This document shows, piece after piece, positions 46,670-56,576 of a stretch of 64,000 nt of DNA; the first letter of the stretch is position 1; every line of letters begins with the position of its first letter. A program made the position numbers and the translations under genes. Where the stretch lies: IMG/VR virus record IMGVR_UViG_3300032236_001631, positions 1 through 64,000 of that record; one strand, given 5' to 3'. The notes beneath the pieces are model-generated. The model worked only from the letters and a program-made list of their open reading frames with translations. It had not been told where the DNA came from and did not search any database. Source of the DNA: a virus. Lineage: Duplodnaviria; Caudoviricetes.

Positions 46670-47200
46670 ATGAGATATGCCTTAACAGGTTCACACGGAG
46701 TCGGAAAGACTTCAATAATAAATGGTTTGGAAGATTTTCTGATAGAAAAGCGTATCACTGCTATTACCAATAGCTCAAGGGCTAGGAATATTAAGGCATC
46801 AGGCTTGAATATCAATGATAAAGCAGATGATATCACAGAACTCCTTATTGCTTCCAATCATATCAGTCACTTTAGTAATGATAATTGGTTTGCAGACAGG
46901 TCAATCATTGATACCTATGCTTATGCAGAGATAAGCTATAAGAGGGGGAATATCTCTGCAAAGACCTTTAATACCATATCACATCTTGCTGTTAACTTTG
47001 TCAGTCTCTATGATATTATCTTCTATATTCCTATAGAATTTGATATGGTAAGTGATGGTATTCGTAAAGATGATGAGTCTTATAGAAAAGAAGTTGATAA
47101 AGAAATCATCAACTTCCTAGAATATCACAAGAAATTTGAAGTCTTGAGTGGTTCTGTTGAGAACCGTGTTGCAAAAGCACAGAAGATTATGAGTCTTTAG
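46670..47200 (+). CDS. P-loop nucleoside/nucleotide kinase (AAA_28/NadR-like)
   Basis: GSHGVGKTS, DRSIID, DGIR, GSVENR. Confidence 0.8.
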   Translation: MRYALTGSHGVGKTSIINGLEDFLIEKRITAITNSSRARNIKASGLNINDKADDITELLIASNHISHFSNDNWFADRSIIDTYAYAEISYKRGNISAKTFNTISHLAVNFVSLYDIIFYIPIEFDMVSDGIRKDDESYRKEVDKEIINFLEYHKKFEVLSGSVENRVAKAQKIMSL

Positions 47201-47672
47201 AGAACTCGCCTTCTATTAATTCTATTTTTTCTTTCTTACCACTAGGTCTATCGAACAATTTATTCATAACCTCATCTCTTGTAGCAATCATAATATTATT
47301 TGTTTGAGTACCAATTGGAAGAGCCTTTGTACCACTTGCTTCGACTTTTGCCACTTCCAAATTATTCTTATGCTGCTTGGTTTGAAGATTAATCTTATTA
47401 AGGTTATCAATAGCCTTAGTGACTGCACCAATCATTTGAGCCAATGCAGCTATCTCCTTTGGATCTTGACCAGCAGTAACCATATCCTTTAGATTATTAA
47501 CAGCTTCCAATCCAACTTCAATTACCTCGGCAGTTTTTTTATAGACATAATCACTAACATTGTCATCATTAAGATTTTCTACCTCTGTTTTTTCTGTTGG
47601 CTTAGGTTGAGAAGGAACCGCATCTCCACGCAATTGATCTATAATTGCATCTATTTCATTTGAAGAATCCAT
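47187..47672 (-). CDS. Probable terminase small subunit (gp16-like)
   Basis: Two long helices around DPKEIAALAQMI and C-terminal TNNIMIATRDEV, as in T4-like gp16; TAAATA upstream. Confidence 0.6.
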   Translation of the reverse strand: MDSSNEIDAIIDQLRGDAVPSQPKPTEKTEVENLNDDNVSDYVYKKTAEVIEVGLEAVNNLKDMVTAGQDPKEIAALAQMIGAVTKAIDNLNKINLQTKQHKNNLEVAKVEASGTKALPIGTQTNNIMIATRDEVMNKLFDRPSGKKEKIELIEGEFSKDS

Positions 47673-47739
47673 ATTTTAATACTGTAACTATTTAGTTGAT
47701 AATTATCGAATTTCTACTATAATACTCTTATAAACACAG

Positions 47740-48681
47740 ATGAGTAACCATTATAATAACCTTTGGTGTGAAAAATATCGTCCTAAAACGCTTGATGATA
47801 TCCTTTTAGATAGTGATCTCAAGGATCATTTCAAGACAATCAAGGAAGATATCCCTAATCTTCTTTTCTATGGATCTCCGGGTACTGGTAAAAGCACTCT
47901 GGCTAAGATTATCATCAATGATATTCTAAAGTGCCAGTATCTATATATCAATGCCTCTGATGAGAATGGTATTGATACTATCCGAAATAAGGTCATTTCA
48001 TTTGCTCAGACTCGTTCTCTTGATAGTAAAAAGAAAGTGGTTATCCTAGAGGAAGCCGATGGTCTTACTGGAGAATCACTTAGAATCCTTCGTAATGTCA
48101 TGGAGGAGTATATAGATACTACACGCTTTATATTAACTGCAAACTATATCAATAAGATCATTGAACCAATCAGATCTCGTTGTATGTTATTCAAGCTACA
48201 TAATGATATAGAGGATTGTGTTGCTCGTTGTGCAGAGATCATTAAAAAAGAGAACATCAAGATTAGTGATGAATCTAAGAAGAAGTTTATAGAATTTGTA
48301 ACAGATCGTTATCCTGATCTTAGAAGGATTATCAATGATCTACAAAGATTCTGTGTAACAGGTGAACTCATCATTCCAGATGGTGATGAACTCTTGGATC
48401 TTACAGGTTATATCATCAAGGGAATAGCTATTAGTAAGATATCCTCTCTAGACATTAGAAAGAAGGTTATAGAGTCAGAGAAGAGCTTTGGTAATGATTA
48501 TCAACAGCTTCTTAAGAACCTATTTGATTATGTCTATAGCTCAGATGAACTTTCAGACAAGGTTAAGAAGACCTTCTTAATTGATATCGGAGAGCATCTT
48601 TATAGAGACAATTTCGTGTTAGATCACGAAATTAACTTCTTTTGCTGTATTTTAGCAATGGAAACTTCTACTTCTTCTTAG
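47740..48681 (+). CDS. gp44: Sliding-clamp loader AAA+ subunit (T4 gp44/RFC-like)
   Basis: WCEKYRP, GSPGTGKS, INASDENGID, SRC, PDLRR. Confidence 0.93.
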   Translation: MSNHYNNLWCEKYRPKTLDDILLDSDLKDHFKTIKEDIPNLLFYGSPGTGKSTLAKIIINDILKCQYLYINASDENGIDTIRNKVISFAQTRSLDSKKKVVILEEADGLTGESLRILRNVMEEYIDTTRFILTANYINKIIEPIRSRCMLFKLHNDIEDCVARCAEIIKKENIKISDESKKKFIEFVTDRYPDLRRIINDLQRFCVTGELIIPDGDELLDLTGYIIKGIAISKISSLDIRKKVIESEKSFGNDYQQLLKNLFDYVYSSDELSDKVKKTFLIDIGEHLYRDNFVLDHEINFFCCILAMETSTSS

Positions 48682-49282
48682 AAGATTTCTTACTCTTTTT
48701 AGGACCTGTGAAATACTTCTTAGCAATAGCAGGTGAAGCAGGAATTGAAGTTTGAGTAACAGGAAGCTTGTTGTCTGTGGGTTGATTGCCTAGTGCCTTA
48801 AACTCATCAGGATTAGCAGGAACTGGTTGTGACTGAACATAGTCCTGATAGTGCTCATACTTGTTAGGAACACCTTGTACAGGAGGAAGATTGATACCGA
48901 AATCAAGAACCTCTATAAGCTTGTAATCACCGGGAACGGTGAATTCATTATACTCTGTAGGTGATTGTAATGTACGAGGATCGGTCTTTAATGTAAGAAA
49001 AATATGATTAGAACCAGCAAGATCATTAGCATCCTTTGCATTGGCATTATTACTGTTTGCAGCAATATCATGAATGAAGAAGAATAGATTTGGATTTGAC
49101 TCTATTGAACCTCTGAGCCACTGATCAAAGGCTGAATCCTTCTGATAGTGTGACTTATAGAAATCGGAATTGAAAAACTCAGGACGGAGTTTTACAGGTG
49201 TATTGGTGCGGAAACCACCATTTGAATGGTGAGTGAATGCTTTTTCACAGAGAGTTTCAAATTTATTAAACTTTTTGCTCAT
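48668..49282 (-). CDS. Hypothetical late protein
   Basis: Start MSKKFNKFETLCE after TAAATA. Confidence 0.7.
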   Translation of the reverse strand: MSKKFNKFETLCEKAFTHHSNGGFRTNTPVKLRPEFFNSDFYKSHYQKDSAFDQWLRGSIESNPNLFFFIHDIAANSNNANAKDANDLAGSNHIFLTLKTDPRTLQSPTEYNEFTVPGDYKLIEVLDFGINLPPVQGVPNKYEHYQDYVQSQPVPANPDEFKALGNQPTDNKLPVTQTSIPASPAIAKKYFTGPKKSKKSSKKK

Positions 49283-49301
49283 ATATTTTGGGTTTTTATC
49301 A

Positions 49302-49311
49302 TAAATATTTA
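49302..49311. promoter_or_regulatory. Palindromic bidirectional late promoter
   Basis: TAAATATTTA between divergent ATGs at 49282 and 49318. Confidence 0.6.
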
Positions 49312-49317
49312 CCACAC

Positions 49318-49824
49318 ATGGCTACTATTTACATAGATAATCTTATAAAACCAAGAGAGGTTAATTCTCCTACTAATTATCCTGCCAAGGAGACAAAACC
49401 AAATCAATTCGTTTATACAGATCTTCATTTAGATTTAACTATAGATAAGAACGTTGGAAATGGCTTAAGTCCAGTAAATAGCAATGATATTGTTGCTGAT
49501 TATGATTCTAATGCAATAAAGAATTCTTTATATAATATATTCACTACAAAAAAAGGACAGAAAATCCTTAATCCTAACTTTGGTGGTTCTTTAGACCAAT
49601 TTCTTTTTGAAGGTATAACCGATGTTAAAGCAAAATTACTTGGTAATAACATTTTAAACTCAGTAGGTCAATTTGAACCAAGAATAGAAGTACAAAATGT
49701 ACAAGTAATGCCAATGCCAGATGAAAATCAATATTATGTAATATTTGTGTATAAAGTATTAAATATTGGTAAGGTTGATAAATTTGAAATAAACTTCCAA
49801 AGAGATAAAATTAATATTCTATGA
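49318..49824 (+). CDS. gp25: Baseplate wedge protein (T4 gp25-like)
   Basis: AIKNSLYNIFTTKKGQKILNPNFG...FEPRI. Confidence 0.9.
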   Translation: MATIYIDNLIKPREVNSPTNYPAKETKPNQFVYTDLHLDLTIDKNVGNGLSPVNSNDIVADYDSNAIKNSLYNIFTTKKGQKILNPNFGGSLDQFLFEGITDVKAKLLGNNILNSVGQFEPRIEVQNVQVMPMPDENQYYVIFVYKVLNIGKVDKFEINFQRDKINIL

Positions 49825-51623
49825 GCGATTTAGTACCATTTAACAAAAATTCATATGTAGCCTTTGATGGTATTAGCATCAGAGATATCATAGTAAACCG
49901 TCTTAACCAAGGAAAGGTATTCACCGATCAAAATTATCAGGGATCTAATCTATCAGGTCTTATTGATATTATCAGTTATACCTTTACTACTCTTTTATAC
50001 TATTTAAACAAGACATCTTCTGAAAGTATGTTCTCCGAATCACAGATTTATGAGAACATGAATCGTATTGTAAAATTACTTAACTATAAACCAATAGGTC
50101 GCCTTGGTCAAAATGTACCTTTCAATCTTTCAGCAACTGCTGATCTTACCAAGGGAAATTATTTCATTCCTCGTTATAGTTATATCAATGTAGGAGGAAC
50201 TCAGTATTCAACCAATCAAGATATAGTATTTTCAAAATTAACCGATGATGCATCAAAAATTGATGATGTAAACAATAACTATCTCTTATATCAAGGAACC
50301 TTCCAAGAATATCCTTTATATAGTGCTGCTGGTATTGATAATGAAGTTATTTACCTTGCATTAGGAGATAATGTACAAATAGACCATTTCAACATTTTTG
50401 TATATGTAAAGCCAAAAAATGCTAATTCTTGGCAGGAATGGTCAAATGTATCAGATCTTTTTCTATACACCGCAACCGATAATGTTTACACAACAAGATT
50501 TAATGAAAATCTGAAATATGAAATTAGTTTTGGTAATGGAGTTAATGGAAGAAAACTTCAAGAAGGTGATCAGGTAGCAATTTATTATCTACAAATAGAT
50601 TCTAATGCCACAGGCATTTCATCTAATGCAATCAATAATTCAAAAATTATTCAATTTAATTCTGTTCAATACAATCAAATATTAACCGATACAAGTTTTA
50701 ATTTTGATGAGAAATTAAGTAGTAATCAATTAGGATATATTTCATTATCTAATGATTATCCTTCAAATTCATATTCTGATTATGAAGGTGTTGATAACAT
50801 TAGATTAAATGCTCCTCAGAATTTTAGATCACAATATCGTCTTGTAACAACAAGAGATTATGAATCTTACATCAAGTCTAATTTCTTTAATATAATATGT
50901 GATACTAAGGTCATTAGTAATGATGATTATTTAACAGGACATATAAAGTATCTTTATAATATAGGACTAAATCAACCACAATTACAGAATCAAGTATTAT
51001 TTAATCAGATTAAATTTGCTAATAGTTGTAACTTTAATAATCTATATGTTTATGCAGTTCCTAATAATGAACTTCAGAATTTCTTATCTCCTCCACAAAA
51101 AGAATTGATATTAAATGGTCTTCAGGAATCAAAAACAATAACATCAAATATTGTTGTTTCTGATCCTGTTTATATGAACTTAGATTTTTATACAAAATCA
51201 CCTATAAGTAATCCTACAATCAATGATTTAAATATCAATAAACTTAGAATTATTAAATCAAAAAACACAAGAAGAGCTTCTTCGGCAATTATTGCTGATA
51301 TCAAAACACTCTTCACAAATATGTTTAATCATAAAGTATCTAAGTTGGGACAAGTCATTGATCTATATCAATTGACCTCTGATATCCTCAACATTAATGG
51401 TGTTGAAAATGTAGAAACTTATAGATCGGATACAGATACTTCTGTAAATGGAATCTCAATACTTTTATGGAATGATTTATATCCAATTCAAGACACAGCT
51501 GTATATACACAGAATATTACATTAGGATATTTTCAATATCCAGTGTTTAATAATATAAATGATATTGCTTCAAGAATTGAAGTAATAGAACAAACTGGAT
51601 CTATCAAAGCTGTTGACTTATAA
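49821..51623 (+). CDS. gp6: Baseplate wedge protein (T4 gp6-like)
   Basis: FTDQNYQGSNLS, ISFGNGVNG, NAP...SQYRLVT..DY. Confidence 0.85.
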   Translation: MSDLVPFNKNSYVAFDGISIRDIIVNRLNQGKVFTDQNYQGSNLSGLIDIISYTFTTLLYYLNKTSSESMFSESQIYENMNRIVKLLNYKPIGRLGQNVPFNLSATADLTKGNYFIPRYSYINVGGTQYSTNQDIVFSKLTDDASKIDDVNNNYLLYQGTFQEYPLYSAAGIDNEVIYLALGDNVQIDHFNIFVYVKPKNANSWQEWSNVSDLFLYTATDNVYTTRFNENLKYEISFGNGVNGRKLQEGDQVAIYYLQIDSNATGISSNAINNSKIIQFNSVQYNQILTDTSFNFDEKLSSNQLGYISLSNDYPSNSYSDYEGVDNIRLNAPQNFRSQYRLVTTRDYESYIKSNFFNIICDTKVISNDDYLTGHIKYLYNIGLNQPQLQNQVLFNQIKFANSCNFNNLYVYAVPNNELQNFLSPPQKELILNGLQESKTITSNIVVSDPVYMNLDFYTKSPISNPTINDLNINKLRIIKSKNTRRASSAIIADIKTLFTNMFNHKVSKLGQVIDLYQLTSDILNINGVENVETYRSDTDTSVNGISILLWNDLYPIQDTAVYTQNITLGYFQYPVFNNINDIASRIEVIEQTGSIKAVDL

Positions 51624-51628
51624 TTCAA

Positions 51629-54600
51629 ATGGCTGCTCCGTTCATACCATCTAAACAATCTTTTGATATAATCTTTGGCACTTTTTTTAGTGATATAATT
51701 GATTATAGTGGAACAGGTCCATTTACATGGCTTGCTGTGGGTTTACCTGATGGATTGAGTATTGATATTGATAGTGGGTTAATTACAGGAACTCCTACTG
51801 TAATTGGAAATAGATCAGCTTATATTCTATTAACAAATTCTGAAGGAAATTTTGCTACTGTTGTTAATTTTACAATTAAATCAAATGTTGAAAATTCTTT
51901 AAGTTTTTCAATATCTCCTGAAGTAGGATATTCTAGAGTAACTCATTATCAATTCACAACAAATGTTAATAAGACTCTTTCTGCATATTCCTTAATGTGG
52001 GATTTTGGTGATGGTTCTATAAGCAATATAGAAAATCCTATACACATATATAATTTACCGGGAAATTATAATATAACATTAAATGCTTATGTTTCTTCTG
52101 GTGTAATTAGTCTTTCATCTGTAGTGAATGTTCATCTTCTGATGAATGAATCAATTTATTTTGAGTATGTACCACCTCCAACATTTGCAGGTCATTATAA
52201 TAGATATCCTTTCCGTATTCAATATACATCATCAAAAGAAGGTCCGCATTATATTGATATAGGTGCTCAATTCTCTAGGTCATATGAAAATCAAATTCCT
52301 GAAAATAAATGGTCTTTTCTAAGACCTCAATGGAGATTTTTAGACCTTAATGGAAATCCTATAGATGTAATAATTCCTAGTGAAACATTAATATACTCAG
52401 ATGATTTAGGAAAAATAAATCATGATGCAAGGGGATTAGTAGTTGGTGTAACTGGAGTTGCAGAATTTTATTTTGTAGATGATATCTATAATTTTGATTT
52501 ATTTTTAGAAGAAAAACCATATACAACAATCATAGCTACACTTCGTACTAGTGGAATAAGGTCTTTCGGAGATAGTTTTAATCTTAGTGATGATCTTCCA
52601 AGTTTTTCTAATAGTTTGGCTACTGTTGCATGTCCTTATTTGTTCATGTACAGAACACCTGATATTTTAAGAATATCTGAAAATGGAATAAGAGAACATG
52701 TCAATCCAAGATGGCAAGAAGCAGAACAACCTTTAATCGTAGCTGCTGATTATAGTGAACCATATCCAGAGCCTTTTGAATGGGATGATAATAGTAATGG
52801 TGTTAAATTATATGACAGAGAAAAAGCATTTGCTCATTATATTCCTCTTTCTGATTCTATTTCATTATCATTAGGAGCAACTGGAATAAGTGCTAGATTC
52901 ACACCAGAACCTACACAATTTCAATGGATAGATGATACTGGTTATAAAACACCGGGTTATTATAAAGGTAGTTTTTTTACTAATACCGTATCATCTTTAA
53001 ATGCTATCATTACAGCATCTGCAATGTTTAATCCACCTGCACTATCTGCTCAATATCTTAATCCTGTGCTTTGGATATCTAATCCAGAAGCAGGACTTAT
53101 GGCTACTGCTCAGTACAACTATAGTGCATCATTATCAGCTGCTGTTACTACTCCTAATCTTAATATAGCACAAGTTCATAGTTTTGGAATGCCTATAATC
53201 AATCAGGTAGATTTTGTAAAAGATCCTATGGCACTTTCTGGTATTCACGGAATTTATAGTATAGCTGCTATGCCCTTCCCTGATTATCATGCATGGGCAT
53301 TAGATTCTGAATTGAACTATCTTTACAGATTAACAACCAATGGAGATATTCTATGTGCTATTGATGTTAATCAGGTTGTATATGATAATCAATTAGGATT
53401 TCTTTCACCTGATCAGGTTTCTCCTGCTTCTATAGTATTAGATAGTAAACAGAATATATGGATGACTCTCCATGACACTATCTCAACTCTTAAGTTTGAT
53501 AGATGGGGAAATTTCTTATTTGCTACAATACCACTTTCTAGTACTGGATATCTATTTCCTCCTGCTCCTAATATAGCTGGTCCTTGGTATGCTGAGAATT
53601 CATATTATGATTATGATCAGACTGCTAAGTACGATTGGAATAAACTAAACAATGTCGATCTTAATTTTGTAGAACCTAATTGTGTTGATACAGATTCAAA
53701 GGATAATGCATGGGTAACATATTCTCATTATGCTAGTGGTTATTTAGTAAAATATAACTCTCAAGGTGGAATGATTTATTCGCACACCTATCCAGTATGT
53801 TCATGTCCTCAACAAATTGTTGTAGATAATAAAGATAATATATGGATTGCATTATCTAATAATATATGGGATTCTCAATGTACTCTTGAAAAGAGATCTT
53901 CTACAGGTCAATTATTAAGTTCTGTATTCCCTATAAGAGGTCTAAACTACCTAACTATAGACTCAAATCAAAATCCTTGGTTTACCTTTAGTTATAGTTG
54001 GATAGGATCTATTGATGAAGATACAGGTGATATCTTTACTATCAATCTTTCAGGTTCTAATCAAACAACAAATGCTGCTGATTGGTTAAATCCTAATTAT
54101 GGAAATGATGAAACAGCATTAGAAGGTATTGCCTGTGATCTCAAGGGAAGAGTCTATGTAATTAATTCAATTGAAAATCAAGTTTATGTAATTGATGCAG
54201 TTAATAGAAAATTCCTAAACAAATTCTATATCAATCCACAAGGATTTACATTCTATTTAGAAGATCAATCAAGTCCAACTGTGATGTCTGCATCTCTTTG
54301 GAATAAATCTCTACAGGCATCAGGAGATTGGTCAGGTCTTAAATGGGTTAATAAATATGGTAATATTAGTTTACCATTCTATAAAGGAGATACATTTACT
54401 GTTCAAATAACTGGTCAATCTAAATATTTAAATTTCATCAAGCATGAAGATTATGATATTTTTAAGAAAAATGAAGATTTTGATATGGCAGGTCAAATGC
54501 AATCATTAGCGTTTATGCCAGCACTTAATGAAAGTACTAATTTATTTGAAAATTTCTTAGGTTCTATTTATGGAAAATATCCATTTGCTCATGATGATTT

Positions 54601-55219
54601 GGGCGTAGCAACCTATGAAAAAATTGCAAACTATGTATCAAATCATTCCGACATAGATTATTGTAATATCAATCAACTTTATGATATGGCACAGGAAATA
54701 GGAATGGATTCTGAAGATTTTAGGTTAAACTTTCCTCCTAATATTCAAAGATTAGTTGATTATGCAAGTGTAAATCAATCTAGACTATTTGGTTCACGTT
54801 CATTAAGTCAGGATGCATTTATCAATATCAATAATCAAAGTATTAGTAATAAAGGAAGTTTAATAAATTCATTAACATATACTATAACAGCTGGAAAACC
54901 AGTTATATTAAAAGATAAAACTTTAAACAAATATAGAATAATACCTACAGGAGAGATATACGGAAATTATACCTATTCTCTTTACGACCTTAGTGTATTC
55001 ATAGGATTAGAAAATAACTGGCAACAATACTATGAATTTTATGAATTTGTACCTAGTTATGATATGAAACAAGTGGCTGGTCTCATTGATTGGGATAATC
55101 CACAAACAACAATTAATGAAAATCTTTCAACAGCAAACTATTGGTTTGGTGAGGAAGGATTCATTGATTCTGAATTCTCTTATGAGTTATATAAGGGACT
55201 AGGATTAATACAAAACTAG
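51629..55219 (+). CDS. Baseplate-associated protein with Ig-like, PKD and beta-propeller regions
   Basis: GLPDGLSID..SGLITGTPT; WDFGDG...NPIHIY..PG.Y; repeated D...N.W blades. Confidence 0.75.
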   Translation: MAAPFIPSKQSFDIIFGTFFSDIIDYSGTGPFTWLAVGLPDGLSIDIDSGLITGTPTVIGNRSAYILLTNSEGNFATVVNFTIKSNVENSLSFSISPEVGYSRVTHYQFTTNVNKTLSAYSLMWDFGDGSISNIENPIHIYNLPGNYNITLNAYVSSGVISLSSVVNVHLLMNESIYFEYVPPPTFAGHYNRYPFRIQYTSSKEGPHYIDIGAQFSRSYENQIPENKWSFLRPQWRFLDLNGNPIDVIIPSETLIYSDDLGKINHDARGLVVGVTGVAEFYFVDDIYNFDLFLEEKPYTTIIATLRTSGIRSFGDSFNLSDDLPSFSNSLATVACPYLFMYRTPDILRISENGIREHVNPRWQEAEQPLIVAADYSEPYPEPFEWDDNSNGVKLYDREKAFAHYIPLSDSISLSLGATGISARFTPEPTQFQWIDDTGYKTPGYYKGSFFTNTVSSLNAIITASAMFNPPALSAQYLNPVLWISNPEAGLMATAQYNYSASLSAAVTTPNLNIAQVHSFGMPIINQVDFVKDPMALSGIHGIYSIAAMPFPDYHAWALDSELNYLYRLTTNGDILCAIDVNQVVYDNQLGFLSPDQVSPASIVLDSKQNIWMTLHDTISTLKFDRWGNFLFATIPLSSTGYLFPPAPNIAGPWYAENSYYDYDQTAKYDWNKLNNVDLNFVEPNCVDTDSKDNAWVTYSHYASGYLVKYNSQGGMIYSHTYPVCSCPQQIVVDNKDNIWIALSNNIWDSQCTLEKRSSTGQLLSSVFPIRGLNYLTIDSNQNPWFTFSYSWIGSIDEDTGDIFTINLSGSNQTTNAADWLNPNYGNDETALEGIACDLKGRVYVINSIENQVYVIDAVNRKFLNKFYINPQGFTFYLEDQSSPTVMSASLWNKSLQASGDWSGLKWVNKYGNISLPFYKGDTFTVQITGQSKYLNFIKHEDYDIFKKNEDFDMAGQMQSLAFMPALNESTNLFENFLGSIYGKYPFAHDDLGVATYEKIANYVSNHSDIDYCNINQLYDMAQEIGMDSEDFRLNFPPNIQRLVDYASVNQSRLFGSRSLSQDAFININNQSISNKGSLINSLTYTITAGKPVILKDKTLNKYRIIPTGEIYGNYTYSLYDLSVFIGLENNWQQYYEFYEFVPSYDMKQVAGLIDWDNPQTTINENLSTANYWFGEEGFIDSEFSYELYKGLGLIQN

Positions 55220-55680
55220 TTTTTTACCAAAGAAAGAAGGTAATTTGCTTTATTTAATCTGGTTATAATATCATCAACAGTATTATGTATACCTGTTTTT
55301 GCTTGGGTTAGGAAATTGTTAAATTCCAAAGAAGTTAAAAGCTCTATGAGAATATTATAAACCTTATAATAGGTTTCTAGTATATTACTATTCTCATCTC
55401 TATATTGCAATATATAGTCTAAATCTAATATAACAGAGTTAATTCTAGGAAGTGTTATATTATTCTGTCTACAAACTCCTATTATTTCTTCTTGAATCTT
55501 ATCAAATAATCCATCAAGATCTTCATAGAGATTACCAAGTATTTTATGGGCATCATAATTTAAGACATACCAATGAACCATATGAATGATAGATTCTGCC
55601 TTTAATAAAAGAATTCCAAACTCTCTAGTTGAATCTAGAGAGTTTTCTACTGGTTGAGGAGCTATTACTTGTATTTCCAT
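55216..55680 (-). CDS. Ferritin/Dps-like protein (DUF5856-like)
   Basis: HMVHW...HKILGNLYE...D...E...YLL. Confidence 0.7.
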   Translation of the reverse strand: MEIQVIAPQPVENSLDSTREFGILLLKAESIIHMVHWYVLNYDAHKILGNLYEDLDGLFDKIQEEIIGVCRQNNITLPRINSVILDLDYILQYRDENSNILETYYKVYNILIELLTSLEFNNFLTQAKTGIHNTVDDIITRLNKANYLLSLVKN

Positions 55681-55681
55681 A

Positions 55682-56167
55682 TTATATTTTTTTGTATATT
55701 TGAGTTCTTATCATAAACTCACCTGCAAAATTATCACCACTTGTTATTAATTTATAATTATCTAAATTTTGATCTATTTTATGCTTATAAAAGGTTTCTT
55801 CTTGATTTTCTTCTGAATGTATTTTTATTTTTGCTTTAGAGGATGATAATCCTAATTTATCTGATGTTAATTCGACTTTGTAACCAGCTTCCTCCATCTC
55901 TTTAGCTAAAGATTGAACAAGATCTTCTGCATTTCGAAAAAATAATCTCCAAAAAGGTATTGGGAATAAAATATTCAATGCATTAGCCCTCTCAGAACAT
56001 ACTTTACATGGCTTATTCTTGCCTGTAATGATTTTTGTTAACCATCCTATGGCTTTACTATGCAAAATGGATGCAATTGCATCTCCTAATCCACGAGAAT
56101 ATCGTAATTTTAGACTAGGATCATTATTATTTTCCAAATGCGTTATTGAATTGTTGCTCTGATTCAT
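55682..56167 (-). CDS. Hypothetical protein
   Basis: GLGD...PCKVC.ER...LN motif. Confidence 0.7.
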   Translation of the reverse strand: MNQSNNSITHLENNNDPSLKLRYSRGLGDAIASILHSKAIGWLTKIITGKNKPCKVCSERANALNILFPIPFWRLFFRNAEDLVQSLAKEMEEAGYKVELTSDKLGLSSSKAKIKIHSEENQEETFYKHKIDQNLDNYKLITSGDNFAGEFMIRTQIYKKI

Positions 56168-56570
56168 GTCTTGGTATTAAATTGGCGTAATTTCTATAAT
56201 AATTAACTCTTTTAGTGTATTTGTCTACTGCACTTATTATACAATCTGACATATCCATAAATTCATCATCTTGTAATCGGTCATTATCTTGTACGATTCT
56301 TTTTAATTGCTTTATTATTTTAAGTATTTGAACATTAATAGGATATTCCTTGCCTATATACTCAAATAACTGTCTTTCTAATTCTATTTCTTCTATGGGA
56401 TATCCTATATTTATAGAAATCATTCTACCATTATCATAGTCTCCTTCCCATCTCCACAGAGTAATATCAGATTGTTCCTCTGGTATATCTTTCTTTAAGA
56501 TATTTGAATTTTCTGGAATATCAGGACTATATCCTATAAATTGTTTTTCTGTATTAAAAAGTGCAAACAT
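56127..56570 (-). CDS. Hypothetical protein (possible fibre assembly factor)
   Basis: Directly downstream of the adhesin gene. Confidence 0.6.
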   Translation of the reverse strand: MFALFNTEKQFIGYSPDIPENSNILKKDIPEEQSDITLWRWEGDYDNGRMISINIGYPIEEIELERQLFEYIGKEYPINVQILKIIKQLKRIVQDNDRLQDDEFMDMSDCIISAVDKYTKRVNYYRNYANLIPRHESEQQFNNAFGK

Positions 56571-56576
56571 ACTTCA

